A DNA stretch of 33,266 nt from an uncultured Lachnospiraceae bacterium. Its GTDB lineage: Bacteria; Bacillota; Clostridia; Lachnospirales; Lachnospiraceae. Positions 1 through 8,212 of this stretch are shown here, in pieces (position 1 is the stretch's first letter; the number at the start of each line of letters is the position of its first letter). The notes below the pieces were generated by a model. That model was not told the DNA's origin, made no database searches, and saw only the letters and a list, made by a program, of their open reading frames with translations. The stretch is from assembly GCA_902782715.1 (NCBI GenBank), contig CACZOG010000090.1:1-33266 (forward strand). Direction: 5' to 3'. Both the position numbers and the translations under genes were made by a program.

Positions 1-2635
1 AGAGGATATCATCATATTCACATTTCACTATGCTGTCTTCGATTGAAAGTGATATTGCGGATTCAAGGCAGGGCTTAGGATCGCCGGTCTTATAAAACTT
101 AAGTTTTTGTCCGTATTCTGATACGGCATAAGTATCTTTGTTTATAAGAATGATGGAGCTGGCATCGATATCTTCGTCAAGTTTGAAGGTTGCTTCTTTA
201 TCGCCGGTAAGCAGTGAGAAAACGGCGCATTCATCATTATTTATACCAATAATGTATTCCTTGTCGCAGGAAACGGAATAAGGTCCGAAATAGTAAGTGC
301 CGGGAGCGGCACAAACAGCTTTACCGGAAACAAAATCAAATACTTCAAATCCCTGTTCGAAAGCAACGATGCAATTTTTACCGTCACCCACTAAAGAGAA
401 GTTTTTGTTTGATGAAGTGTATTTGTAAGCAACTTCCCCTGTGGCGGTATCATATATTTCTGCCGTATTGCTTCCTGTCGGAATGGTCAGGCATAGATCG
501 CCCGCTTTGTTTATTTCTTTACAATCCTCGTTGATAATGGGGAGTGTCTGTGCTTCATCGATATCATCTATTGTTTTTTTGAAATATGAAGCAATATAAT
601 TGTTGTTTTTCGGCTGGATCAGCAGACCGTTTTCGATAAGATATAAACTGTCGATCTCATAATCGGGGAAAGTATCAAATATGGAAAATCTCCAGAGTCC
701 CGAATTACCCATGTATGATTTGATAACACTGTCTGTTGTGATGAAATCAACATAGTCCCCGTTAAAAGATCCTTTCTGAAGATAGAGTATTTCAGCGGAA
801 TCGGAAAATGAATCGATTAATTCTCCGGATGCAGAGTCCAAAACAAACAGTGTGTTTTTGGATGCCGCGAAAAGGTTTTTTCCGTCTTCGTTTTTATGCA
901 TTAATCTTGCATTTGAACTGAGGGAAGTTTTCCATTCCATATTGCCGGAATACAGATCGTAGCAAAGAATCTGATAATCGGCAGTGAGCAGATTTGAAAG
1001 ATCCGTTATCATAACGGATACGTAATAACAGTCATCGGTAACATATATTTCCTGAATACCGTTAGAGAAGAAATCCCGGCCCGATTCCAGTGTGTTCATC
1101 AGTCTGACATCTCCATCCGACAATCTGATCCGGTAGAAGGCTGTATTATCATTCGGAGTATCTATGGTGAAAAGCAGAGATTCTTTATTCGGAGACATCT
1201 TAATGAAACCGACCGAATACCAGCCGCTGTCCAGTTCAGGCAGGTCGCTGTAAGCATATTCATAAAGTAAAGACAGATTATCTGAGTTGTAAATGTATAT
1301 GCTTCCTGAATCGTATGCGAAAAATATATTATCCTCTTTAAAAGGAACGATATTTGCACTAACGGTATCTCCCGAAGATGAAGTCCGGATGAATTCATCG
1401 GTATTGTTTGGAATATTGTGAGCAACCAGACATTCGGAAGCACTGAATAAAATGGTTTCGCTGTCTATAAATCCCATTATGCGTGAGGAAGTTCCGAAAC
1501 GCGGAGTCGAAGCATTTTCGGTATAAAGCATTTTTCCCGATTCGATATCGTAAACACGGATTATTTTGGCTGTATCAATAACTGCAAGGTATTTATAATC
1601 CGAAGACACATCGAAAGAGAGGATGTTGGAATCGGACTCGTAGACTAATCCGGTTGAATAAGCGGAGTTATCGTAATAAACTTCCAGTGCATTTGTCAGA
1701 GCAAGCTGAGTTTCGGCGGTATAGGGCATGGATTCATCGTCCATGGCGGAAGGCATAACCTGTCTTAATGCATAAAGAGCATCAAGTCTTCTTCCTTTGT
1801 GCATAAGGGAATCAGCGCTGTCAGCGGTAGCTTTTGCATAGTTTATGTGTGTTTCCCTGTATTGTTCGGTCAGATCCTGATTCTTAATCTCCAGTTCCTG
1901 AGCCATAAGGGAGATCCGATTGCTCTGTTCTTTGATCTCATTATTCTGATCAAGGATCATTTCGGACTGGACCATGATCTTAAAGGTCATGGCAAGACAG
2001 ACTGCTGAGAAGAGCAGAAGACCGGCGGCAACACCGCTTATAGCGGATATTGTCCGCTTCATTTTACGCTCTTTGTGACGCTGTTTGAGATCGTCGTAAC
2101 CGAGATCAAAAATGGCTGCGGCAATACGAAGCACCGCATCGTCAAGTTTCTTCTTGATCTCTCTGTTGCTTTTACCGCGGACATCGGCTGCAAGAGGTTC
2201 AACGGAATGAAGCTCGATCTCTTTTGTTCCGTCGGGTTTTGTTACCTCAACTTCCTCTTTTGTTAAAGCCTCGGGGAAAGATTCCCAGGGTTCGCCCTCT
2301 GCGAGAACGGCCAGGATCTTATCACGGCCGTGAAGTTTTATGAATGTTTCTATCTCTCTTTTGCACCATTCCGATTCGGGAAGTCTGGGTGTGCAGATCA
2401 CGATCAGGAAATCCGAAACGATAAGTGCATCGTTTATCTGAGCACTCAGGTCGCTTGAAAGAGGAAGTTCGTCCTGATCTCGGAAGACTCTTTCGATCTT
2501 TTTCTTGCCCGTTGATGAAGTAACTCCTTTGGGCAGTTTAAAAGATTCAAGTTTTTTGTGAAGGTTTATTGCAACGAATTTATCTAGTTCAGTGTGTCTG
2601 TAACTTATAAATGCATCGTATTTCTTATCCGTCAT
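1..2635 (-). CDS. TIR domain - TM helix - coiled coil - beta-propeller (WD40/PQQ-like) receptor-like protein; 3' end truncated by the window edge; not in the ORF track
   Basis: Translated by hand from ATG at 2635 (AAGGA RBS upstream); no stop in 878 codons to the edge. N-terminus MTDKKYDAFISYRH...RVFRDQDELPLSSDL...FLIVICTPRLPESEWCKREI is a TIR signature. Basic stretch RHKERKMKR precedes hydrophobic TISAISGVAAGLLLFSAVCLAMTF. Repeated blade-like motifs IRVYDIESGK, ILCYDLYSGN, LFVLDSASGE, AEIYDTATGE, FEVFDFVSGK, CAVFSLLTGD. Confidence 0.9.
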   Translation of the reverse strand, partial: MTDKKYDAFISYRHTELDKFVAINLHKKLESFKLPKGVTSSTGKKKIERVFRDQDELPLSSDLSAQINDALIVSDFLIVICTPRLPESEWCKREIETFIKLHGRDKILAVLAEGEPWESFPEALTKEEVEVTKPDGTKEIELHSVEPLAADVRGKSNREIKKKLDDAVLRIAAAIFDLGYDDLKQRHKERKMKRTISAISGVAAGLLLFSAVCLAMTFKIMVQSEMILDQNNEIKEQSNRISLMAQELEIKNQDLTEQYRETHINYAKATADSADSLMHKGRRLDALYALRQVMPSAMDDESMPYTAETQLALTNALEVYYDNSAYSTGLVYESDSNILSFDVSSDYKYLAVIDTAKIIRVYDIESGKMLYTENASTPRFGTSSRIMGFIDSETILFSASECLVAHNIPNNTDEFIRTSSSGDTVSANIVPFKEDNIFFAYDSGSIYIYNSDNLSLLYEYAYSDLPELDSGWYSVGFIKMSPNKESLLFTIDTPNDNTAFYRIRLSDGDVRLMNTLESGRDFFSNGIQEIYVTDDCYYVSVMITDLSNLLTADYQILCYDLYSGNMEWKTSLSSNARLMHKNEDGKNLFAASKNTLFVLDSASGELIDSFSDSAEILYLQKGSFNGDYVDFITTDSVIKSYMGNSGLWRFSIFDTFPDYEIDSLYLIENGLLIQPKNNNYIASYFKKTIDDIDEAQTLPIINEDCKEINKAGDLCLTIPTGSNTAEIYDTATGEVAYKYTSSNKNFSLVGDGKNCIVAFEQGFEVFDFVSGKAVCAAPGTYYFGPYSVSCDKEYIIGINNDECAVFSLLTGDKEATFKLDEDIDASSIILINKDTYAVSEYGQKLKFYKTGDPKPCLESAISLSIEDSIVKCEYDDIL

Positions 2636-2687
2636 TTTGTAAAAATCCTTTCCGGAGAATATCCCTTTTTATACTCTCATCCTATAG

Positions 2688-2696
2688 ATAATACCA
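2688..2696 (-). promoter_or_regulatory. Putative extended -10 (TGGTATTAT) for the TIR gene
   Basis: Reverse complement of ataatacca, about 50 nt upstream of the TIR start, in an AT-rich divergent intergenic region. Confidence 0.45.
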
Positions 2697-2772
2697 TATT
2701 ATCCATAAAAATTAAACCGACATACACTATATATACGTATCAAAAAAACATATTTATTGTTTGTTTTTGCTA

Positions 2773-2781
2773 TGGTATAAT
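2773..2781 (+). promoter_or_regulatory. Extended -10 promoter TGGTATAAT
   Basis: Perfect TGnTATAAT about 30 nt upstream of the YjfB-family gene. Confidence 0.6.
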
Positions 2782-2813
2782 AAACCATAATTTAAAGGGG
2801 AGGGGTGAAGCAT

Positions 2814-3005
2814 ATGGATATAGCTGCATTATCGATGGCAATGTCACAGGAAAAGATAATGAACGAGGTCGGAACCGCAATGTTAAGGAACGCTCTGGAC
2901 GTTCAGGAAGATGTCGGCGAAGAAGTAGTGGAAATGATCGATTCGGCTGCTTTGGAAAGAAGCGTGAATCCCTCGGTAGGTAGTGTTTTGGATATAACGG
3001 TTTGA
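2814..3005 (+). CDS. YjfB family (putative motility) small protein
   Basis: MDIAALSMAMSQ...MLRNALD...ERSVNPSVGSVLDITV matches the YjfB pattern; GGAGG spacing favours ATG 2814 over GTG 2805. Confidence 0.8.
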   Translation: MDIAALSMAMSQEKIMNEVGTAMLRNALDVQEDVGEEVVEMIDSAALERSVNPSVGSVLDITV

Positions 3006-3062
3006 TAACGCATAGTGCTGTTTAAGGCACGTGCAAAGGCATGAATTTTGGGAGGGAGAAAG

Positions 3063-3473
3063 ATGGCTTGTTTTTTGGTGCCCGGTACTGAAGCGATAGT
3101 GACAACGATCGTTACTCAGGCAGTTAAGGCTAAAGAAAAGAAAGACAGTAAGAAATACATTGAAGGCGAAGTCCATGAAAACACGGTCGTAACGAAGTTT
3201 TCGACAAAGCTCGGATGGCTTAACAAAATGCTCTGGGGCGGAAGTGCTCTGCTCGCATTTGAGCATATCTGGCACGGAGAGGTTATTCCCGTATTTCCTT
3301 TTCTTACCGCAGTAAAAGAAGGAGAGACGCTCGGAATGTTAAAGGAAATGGGAACTGCGGGCGTAGGCATGGCGGTTCTTGTTACTTCTGCATGGGTCGG
3401 CATGGTTCTGGTTTCTTCTGCCATTGAAAAAAGAAAAGCGGAAAATACCGAAGAGAATAAAGCGGAGGCATAA
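3063..3473 (+). CDS. Hypothetical small membrane protein (MACFLVP N-terminus, FEHIWHGE motif)
   Basis: GGAGGGAG RBS before ATG 3063; hydrophobic segments; similar to the next gene. Confidence 0.8.
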   Translation: MACFLVPGTEAIVTTIVTQAVKAKEKKDSKKYIEGEVHENTVVTKFSTKLGWLNKMLWGGSALLAFEHIWHGEVIPVFPFLTAVKEGETLGMLKEMGTAGVGMAVLVTSAWVGMVLVSSAIEKRKAENTEENKAEA

Positions 3474-3475
3474 TT

Positions 3476-3787
3476 ATGACATTATTGATTACTGTTTTCG
3501 CCGCAGTTATCGCTACCGTTTTATGGTATGTAAATTTAAACAAAAGCGACATGAAACTCGGCACACTCGCACTTATGTACTGGGGTGCATCGCTTATGTG
3601 GTTTGTTGATGCGATCTTTGAATATGCCGAACTCGGAGCCGAATTTTTCACTCCGGCACTGGAAGATATGATAAACGATTCTTATTTGGGACTCTGCGTT
3701 GTTGCACTCGGCCTTATCATCTGGCTTATTGTTTTATTCGTTAAGGATCCCAAAGGCCTCATAAGAAAGAAACTTATGAAGAATTAG
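3476..3787 (+). CDS. Hypothetical small membrane protein (about 3 TM), paralog of 3063..3473
   Basis: GGAGG RBS, 2 nt after the upstream stop; three hydrophobic stretches. Confidence 0.8.
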   Translation: MTLLITVFAAVIATVLWYVNLNKSDMKLGTLALMYWGASLMWFVDAIFEYAELGAEFFTPALEDMINDSYLGLCVVALGLIIWLIVLFVKDPKGLIRKKLMKN

Positions 3788-3808
3788 TTTTTATGTGATT
3801 AAAGAGAT

Positions 3809-3842
3809 AAAAATAACATTGCGTAAAAACAATGTTATTTTT
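3809..3842. promoter_or_regulatory. Perfect 13-bp AT-rich inverted repeat (terminator or operator) upstream of larB
   Basis: AAAAATAACATTG-cgtaaaaa-CAATGTTATTTTT. Confidence 0.55.
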
Positions 3843-3865
3843 TTATAAAAAGAACGGAATACTTA

Positions 3866-4639
3866 ATGAAAAGCGATCTAAAAAAACTTCTGGAAGATGT
3901 AAAAGAAAACAGAATATCAATAGACGAAGCAATTCTTCGGATAAAAAAAGAACCATTCGAAGATATTGATTTTGCAAAAGTCGATGCTCACAGGAAACAC
4001 CGTCAGGGTGCGAACGAGGTTATTTACGGAGAAGGCAAAACTTCGGATCAGATCGTTAAAATAGCCGAAACGCTTATTTCTTATAATAACGGCGGAGTTC
4101 TGATCACCCGCATATCAAAGGAAAAAGCGGACCTTGTCGGAAAGAATTTCGAATCGCAAAAAGATCTGGAATGGAAATATTTCGACAACTGCAGGATCGG
4201 AATCCTGGGAAACTCTCATCCTGTTGATGTTCAGGGAAATATTGTTGTGGTAACCGGAGGAACGAGCGACATTCCTGTTGCCGAGGAAGCTGCGGTTACT
4301 GCCGAATTCCTGGGAAACAAAGTTGTAAGAATATATGATGTGGGAGTTTCCGGACTTCACAGACTTCTTGCGCACATGGATGAGATAATGGGTGCATCGG
4401 TTATAATCGCGATAGCGGGAATGGAAGGCGCGCTTGCAAGCGTTGTAGGCGGTCTGGCAGACTGCCCTGTCATAGCGGTACCTACCAGTGTTGGATACGG
4501 GGCTTCATTTGAGGGACTTTCAGCCTTGCTTTCAATGCTTAATTCCTGCGCAAGCGGAGTTACGGTTGTAAATATCGATAACGGTTTCGGAGCCGGTTAT
4601 TCGGCGAGTATGATAAATCATATGGGGGATGCAAAATGA
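3866..4639 (+). CDS. larB: Nickel pincer cofactor biosynthesis protein LarB (PurE-like carboxylase/hydrolase)
   Basis: [72 protein letters not shown]. Confidence 0.95.
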   Translation: MKSDLKKLLEDVKENRISIDEAILRIKKEPFEDIDFAKVDAHRKHRQGANEVIYGEGKTSDQIVKIAETLISYNNGGVLITRISKEKADLVGKNFESQKDLEWKYFDNCRIGILGNSHPVDVQGNIVVVTGGTSDIPVAEEAAVTAEFLGNKVVRIYDVGVSGLHRLLAHMDEIMGASVIIAIAGMEGALASVVGGLADCPVIAVPTSVGYGASFEGLSALLSMLNSCASGVTVVNIDNGFGAGYSASMINHMGDAK

Positions 4640-5937
4640 GAACTCTTTACTTTGACTGTTCCATGGGAGCTGCGGGGGATATGCTGACTGCGGCACTTTA
4701 TGAGCTTTTGGATGATAAAGAAAGTTTTATCACAAAGATAAATGATATCGGACTTGAGAATGTTAAGATCGAGGCTTTGGCATCGAGCAAATGCGGTATT
4801 GTCGGAACACATATGAATGTGCTCATCGACGGCGTGAGCGAGGAAGATCTTATGCATGAACATGAGCATCATCATGAACATGAGCACTGCCATGAGGCCT
4901 GCGAAGAGGACCATCATCATGAGGATCATGAGCACCATCATGACCACGAACATGATGAACATCATCACGATCATGACCATCATCACCATCACGAGCATCA
5001 TCATGCATCGATGGCGGACATTGAGAATATAATCAGCAATCTTCGCATTCCCGAAAAGGTCAAAGAAGATTCTGTCAATGTTTACAAACTTATTGCCAAC
5101 GCAGAGAGCATTGCTCACGGAAAGGAAGTAAGCGAAATTCATTTCCATGAGGTCGGAAAAATGGATGCTGTTGCAGATGTTGTTTCCGTATGCTTTCTTA
5201 TGAATGAATTAAAGGCGGATAAGGTCATTGCTTCGCCCGTTAATGTAGGAGGCGGCCATGTACACTGCGCACACGGAATCCTTCCCGTTCCCGCACCCGC
5301 TACCGCAACGATCCTTAAAGAAGTTCCCATCTATTCGGGACATATCAAGAGTGAACTCTGCACACCGACGGGAGCTGCTCTTTTAAAATATTTTGTAAAT
5401 GAATTTGCCGAAATGCCTGTTATGAAAGTTGATAAGATCGGCTACGGAATGGGAAAGAAGGATTTTGAACAGGCCAACTGCGTAAGGGTTATGCTAGGTG
5501 AAACAAGCGAAGCACTTGATACTGTAAGTGAACTTTCATGCAATGTGGATGATATGACTGCCGAGCGGATCGCATATGCCGCAGAGAAACTTTTTGAAGC
5601 AGGGGCTCTGGAAGTATATACGATTCCAGTAGGAATGAAGAAGTCAAGACCGGGGATCCTTTTATGCGTTATGTGCAGAGAAGATAAAAAAGAAGAGATC
5701 ATGTCGCTTATCTTTAAGCACACGACAACACTCGGAATCCGCGAGAACATTTCGAAACGCTATATCTTAAAAAGAGAGATAATAAAGAAAGAAACACCTT
5801 TCGGAGAGGTAAGGATAAAACACTCCGAAGGTTATGGAATAAAAAGGGATAAATACGAATATGAGGACATTGCGCGAATAGCAGACGCGAACGGTTTATC
5901 CATCGAAGAAACGGTCAGAATGCTTGATAACATGTAA
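4636..5937 (+). CDS. larC: Nickel insertase LarC with His-rich linker
   Basis: [60 protein letters not shown]; overlaps the larB stop (ATGA-type coupling). Confidence 0.95.
   Translation: MRTLYFDCSMGAAGDMLTAALYELLDDKESFITKINDIGLENVKIEALASSKCGIVGTHMNVLIDGVSEEDLMHEHEHHHEHEHCHEACEEDHHHEDHEHHHDHEHDEHHHDHDHHHHHEHHHASMADIENIISNLRIPEKVKEDSVNVYKLIANAESIAHGKEVSEIHFHEVGKMDAVADVVSVCFLMNELKADKVIASPVNVGGGHVHCAHGILPVPAPATATILKEVPIYSGHIKSELCTPTGAALLKYFVNEFAEMPVMKVDKIGYGMGKKDFEQANCVRVMLGETSEALDTVSELSCNVDDMTAERIAYAAEKLFEAGALEVYTIPVGMKKSRPGILLCVMCREDKKEEIMSLIFKHTTTLGIRENISKRYILKREIIKKETPFGEVRIKHSEGYGIKRDKYEYEDIARIADANGLSIEETVRMLDNM
4855..5004 (+). repeat. Low-complexity His/Glu/Asp tract in larC
   Basis: 29 His in 50 codons, built from CAT/CAC/GAN triplets. 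Confidence 0.9.
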
Positions 5938-5961
5938 GGGTGTTGCTGAAGGGAGGATTAA

Positions 5962-6585
5962 ATGGACAATTTCTGGGGAAGTTTAAGATCTTATTTCCTT
6001 GCGATCCTGATTTTACTTATCGGAGGCGGTGGATTTGCATATCTTACGTTTTATGCCGCCAAACCCGAAGATCTGCCGGAACTTACCGATATATCGCCCG
6101 AGACGGGATATAACTGGGAGAACCTGACAGATGATATGTATGTTACGTTAAATACAAAGAATGTTATGGGATACTATTATTATTCTCTGGATAAGGACGG
6201 GGATGAAACTCAGAGAATATATCTTTTCTATGATACTTACAAAGTTACGTACAATCATGTGATCGCAGTTTTAGTCGATGCGAAGGATTTCGATAAATAC
6301 AACAAACTGATGGGCAGCGAGAAGGAATATCTAAGCAGGATCTCGATCACGAATTATGCCTGCAAAATGTCTGCGGGAGAACTTATGGCCTGCAGAAACA
6401 ACATGTTAAGCTGGGGTATCGATGATGTTGAAGAGCTTGATGAAATGATCATTCCCTATATCATCAGACCCAGGGAAAGTTCATTTGACTTAAGGATCCC
6501 GAAAATTGCCTCAATAGTTGCCATGGCCTTAGGTGCGATACTTCTTGTGGGAAGCATTCTCGGATCGATCTTTAACAGATATTAG
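5962..6585 (+). CDS. Hypothetical membrane protein (N- and C-terminal TM helices flanking a soluble loop)
   Basis: GGGAGG RBS; hydrophobic ends; 207 aa. Confidence 0.75.
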   Translation: MDNFWGSLRSYFLAILILLIGGGGFAYLTFYAAKPEDLPELTDISPETGYNWENLTDDMYVTLNTKNVMGYYYYSLDKDGDETQRIYLFYDTYKVTYNHVIAVLVDAKDFDKYNKLMGSEKEYLSRISITNYACKMSAGELMACRNNMLSWGIDDVEELDEMIIPYIIRPRESSFDLRIPKIASIVAMALGAILLVGSILGSIFNRY

Positions 6586-6649
6586 AAATAACCATAAAAA
6601 AGTACTTCCCAAACGTGTCTTTTTCGAAAGATACGTCAGGGAGGATAAA

Positions 6650-7183
6650 ATGAAAAAACTGAAAACCATTATTTTAATATTTACGTGTTTACTGATCATT
6701 CCGGTCATGCTTACGGCATGCGGCAAAAAGGAAGAACTTCCGGAATTCAGCGATGAAACAATGTTCACTTTAAGGATTTACCAGCCATGGTTTTACGAAT
6801 CCTTGCATTACACGCTTCAAAGCGACGGAACGCTGATAGTTTTGTATTACGATACCGAACTTGGCAGGGAAACACTTTCCGATGAGAGAATGAAAAAGAT
6901 CAAAAAGATATTCTCTCCCGAAAAAGTTTACAAGATGAATGTCGGTAAAGAAGACGAAAGAACCGACGGTACATCGCGATATATCATTCTTTATGATTCA
7001 AACGGTAATGAGATCGAAATAGGCGGATACGAACTTAAGGGCGGCGCCGGATTCAACTCATATTTTTACGATCTGTACGCACTGATGGAAGATGATTATA
7101 CCAAACAGTTTTCTGACATCCTTGATGAGTGCAACCGGGAATGTACCACCTATAGGGATAAATATATGAATCCGATTCCATGA
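6650..7183 (+). CDS. Hypothetical lipoprotein
   Basis: GGGAGG RBS before ATG 6650 (the track start at 6533 is probably over-extended); signal peptide with lipobox LTA-C. Confidence 0.8.
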   Translation: MKKLKTIILIFTCLLIIPVMLTACGKKEELPEFSDETMFTLRIYQPWFYESLHYTLQSDGTLIVLYYDTELGRETLSDERMKKIKKIFSPEKVYKMNVGKEDERTDGTSRYIILYDSNGNEIEIGGYELKGGAGFNSYFYDLYALMEDDYTKQFSDILDECNRECTTYRDKYMNPIP

Positions 7184-7193
7184 TAATTTTCGC

Positions 7194-7222
7194 TTGTATT
7201 TGTAAATATATTCTGATATATT
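7194..7222 (+). promoter_or_regulatory. sigmaA promoter of the thi operon
   Basis: TTGTAT-N17-TATATT with TG extension, just upstream of the riboswitch. Confidence 0.55.
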
Positions 7223-7240
7223 ATTAAAAGTTTAAATAAA

Positions 7241-7324
7241 CAGGGGAGCTTGTTTGACAGGCTGAGAGGAAGTTTATAACTTCGACCCTTTAACCTGATA
7301 CGGATAATGCCGTCGTAGGAAGTC
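7241..7324 (+). ncRNA. TPP riboswitch (THI box)
   Basis: GGGGAGC...GCTGAGAGG...GACCCT.TAACCTGAT.CGGATAATGCC..CGTAGGAAG consensus directly upstream of thiD. Confidence 0.95.
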
Positions 7325-7340
7325 ATATTCGAAGTTTGTT

Positions 7341-7374
7341 AAAGACGGCATTTGACTGCCGTCTTTTTTATTTT
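7341..7374 (+). terminator. Riboswitch-controlled intrinsic terminator
   Basis: AAAGACGGCA-tttgac-TGCCGTCTTT followed by a T-rich tract. Confidence 0.9.
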
Positions 7375-7391
7375 GCTTAAGGAGGTTTGAC

Positions 7392-8189
7392 ATGAAAACT
7401 GTTTTATCGATCGCGGGGAGCGATCCGTCGGGAGGTGCCGGAATTCAGGCCGACATAAAGACCATGACGTTAAACGGTGTCTATGCCATGAGTGCGGTCA
7501 CTGCACTTACCGCACAGAATACTTTAGGGGTAAGAGCCATTGAAGAAGTAAGCGCGGATCTTTTAAAAGAGCAGATCGACTGCGTATTCGAAGACATATA
7601 TCCCGACGCCGTAAAGATCGGAATGGTTTCTTCAAAAGAACTGATCGAAACCATTGCGGAAAGGCTTGATTTTTTTAAGGCTGAGAACATTGTGGTCGAT
7701 CCCGTAATGGCTGCGACAAGCGGTTCGTCGCTTTTAAAAACGGATGCCGTTGATGCACTTATAAAATATCTTTTTCCCATATCGACGATCGTAACGCCGA
7801 ACATTCCGGAGGCTGAGGTGCTTTCGGGAATGGAGATTTTAAACGAAAAAGATATGAAAAAAGCAGCAGAGAAGATAGGCAGGGAATGCAGCTGCGCGGT
7901 TTTGATAAAAGGCGGGCACAGCATTAACGATGCCGACGATATTCTTTTTTCAGATGACGTAATAACGGTCTTTAAGGGAAGGAGGATCGATAATCCGAAT
8001 ACGCACGGTACGGGCTGTACATTATCGAGCGCGATAGCATCCAATCTTGCGAAAGGTTATCCGATAAAAGAATCCGTACAAAGAGCCAAAGATTATTTAT
8101 CGTGTGCGTTAACGGCTGATCTGAATCTTGGAAAAGGGTCCGGGCCGATTGATCACGCATTTGATCTTAAATCCGAATTTGCACAATAA
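7392..8189 (+). CDS. thiD: HMP/HMP-P kinase
   Basis: [51 protein letters not shown]. Confidence 0.97.
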   Translation: MKTVLSIAGSDPSGGAGIQADIKTMTLNGVYAMSAVTALTAQNTLGVRAIEEVSADLLKEQIDCVFEDIYPDAVKIGMVSSKELIETIAERLDFFKAENIVVDPVMAATSGSSLLKTDAVDALIKYLFPISTIVTPNIPEAEVLSGMEILNEKDMKKAAEKIGRECSCAVLIKGGHSINDADDILFSDDVITVFKGRRIDNPNTHGTGCTLSSAIASNLAKGYPIKESVQRAKDYLSCALTADLNLGKGSGPIDHAFDLKSEFAQ

Positions 8190-8212
8190 ATACACACAGA
8201 AAGGATACTAAA

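Noticed and set aside
1162-2983. Track ORFs 1162..1443, 1799..2008, 2075..2266 and 2594..2983
   Set aside because: They overlap the long TIR frame or the YjfB gene and have no recognisable motifs; treated as shadow ORFs.
1-3005. Calling the TIR gene a Thoeris, CBASS or Avs system
   Set aside because: No ThsA-type effector, cyclase or STAND NTPase is visible, and the downstream context lies outside the window.
3006-3062. Possible NiCo riboswitch upstream of the membrane pair
   Set aside because: Only about 57 nt with a weak GTGC/GCAC stem; too short for the four-way-junction aptamer.
4855-5004. Repetitive DNA as a possible CRISPR or VNTR array
   Set aside because: Irregular triplets coding His/Glu/Asp in frame; no repeat-spacer structure.
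4618-5148. 176-aa Met/Val-rich antisense ORF
   Set aside because: It is the reverse-complement reading of the larC His (CAT) tract.
4636-5937. Programmed frameshift in larC as in L. plantarum larC1/C2
   Set aside because: Both halves are in one continuous frame here.
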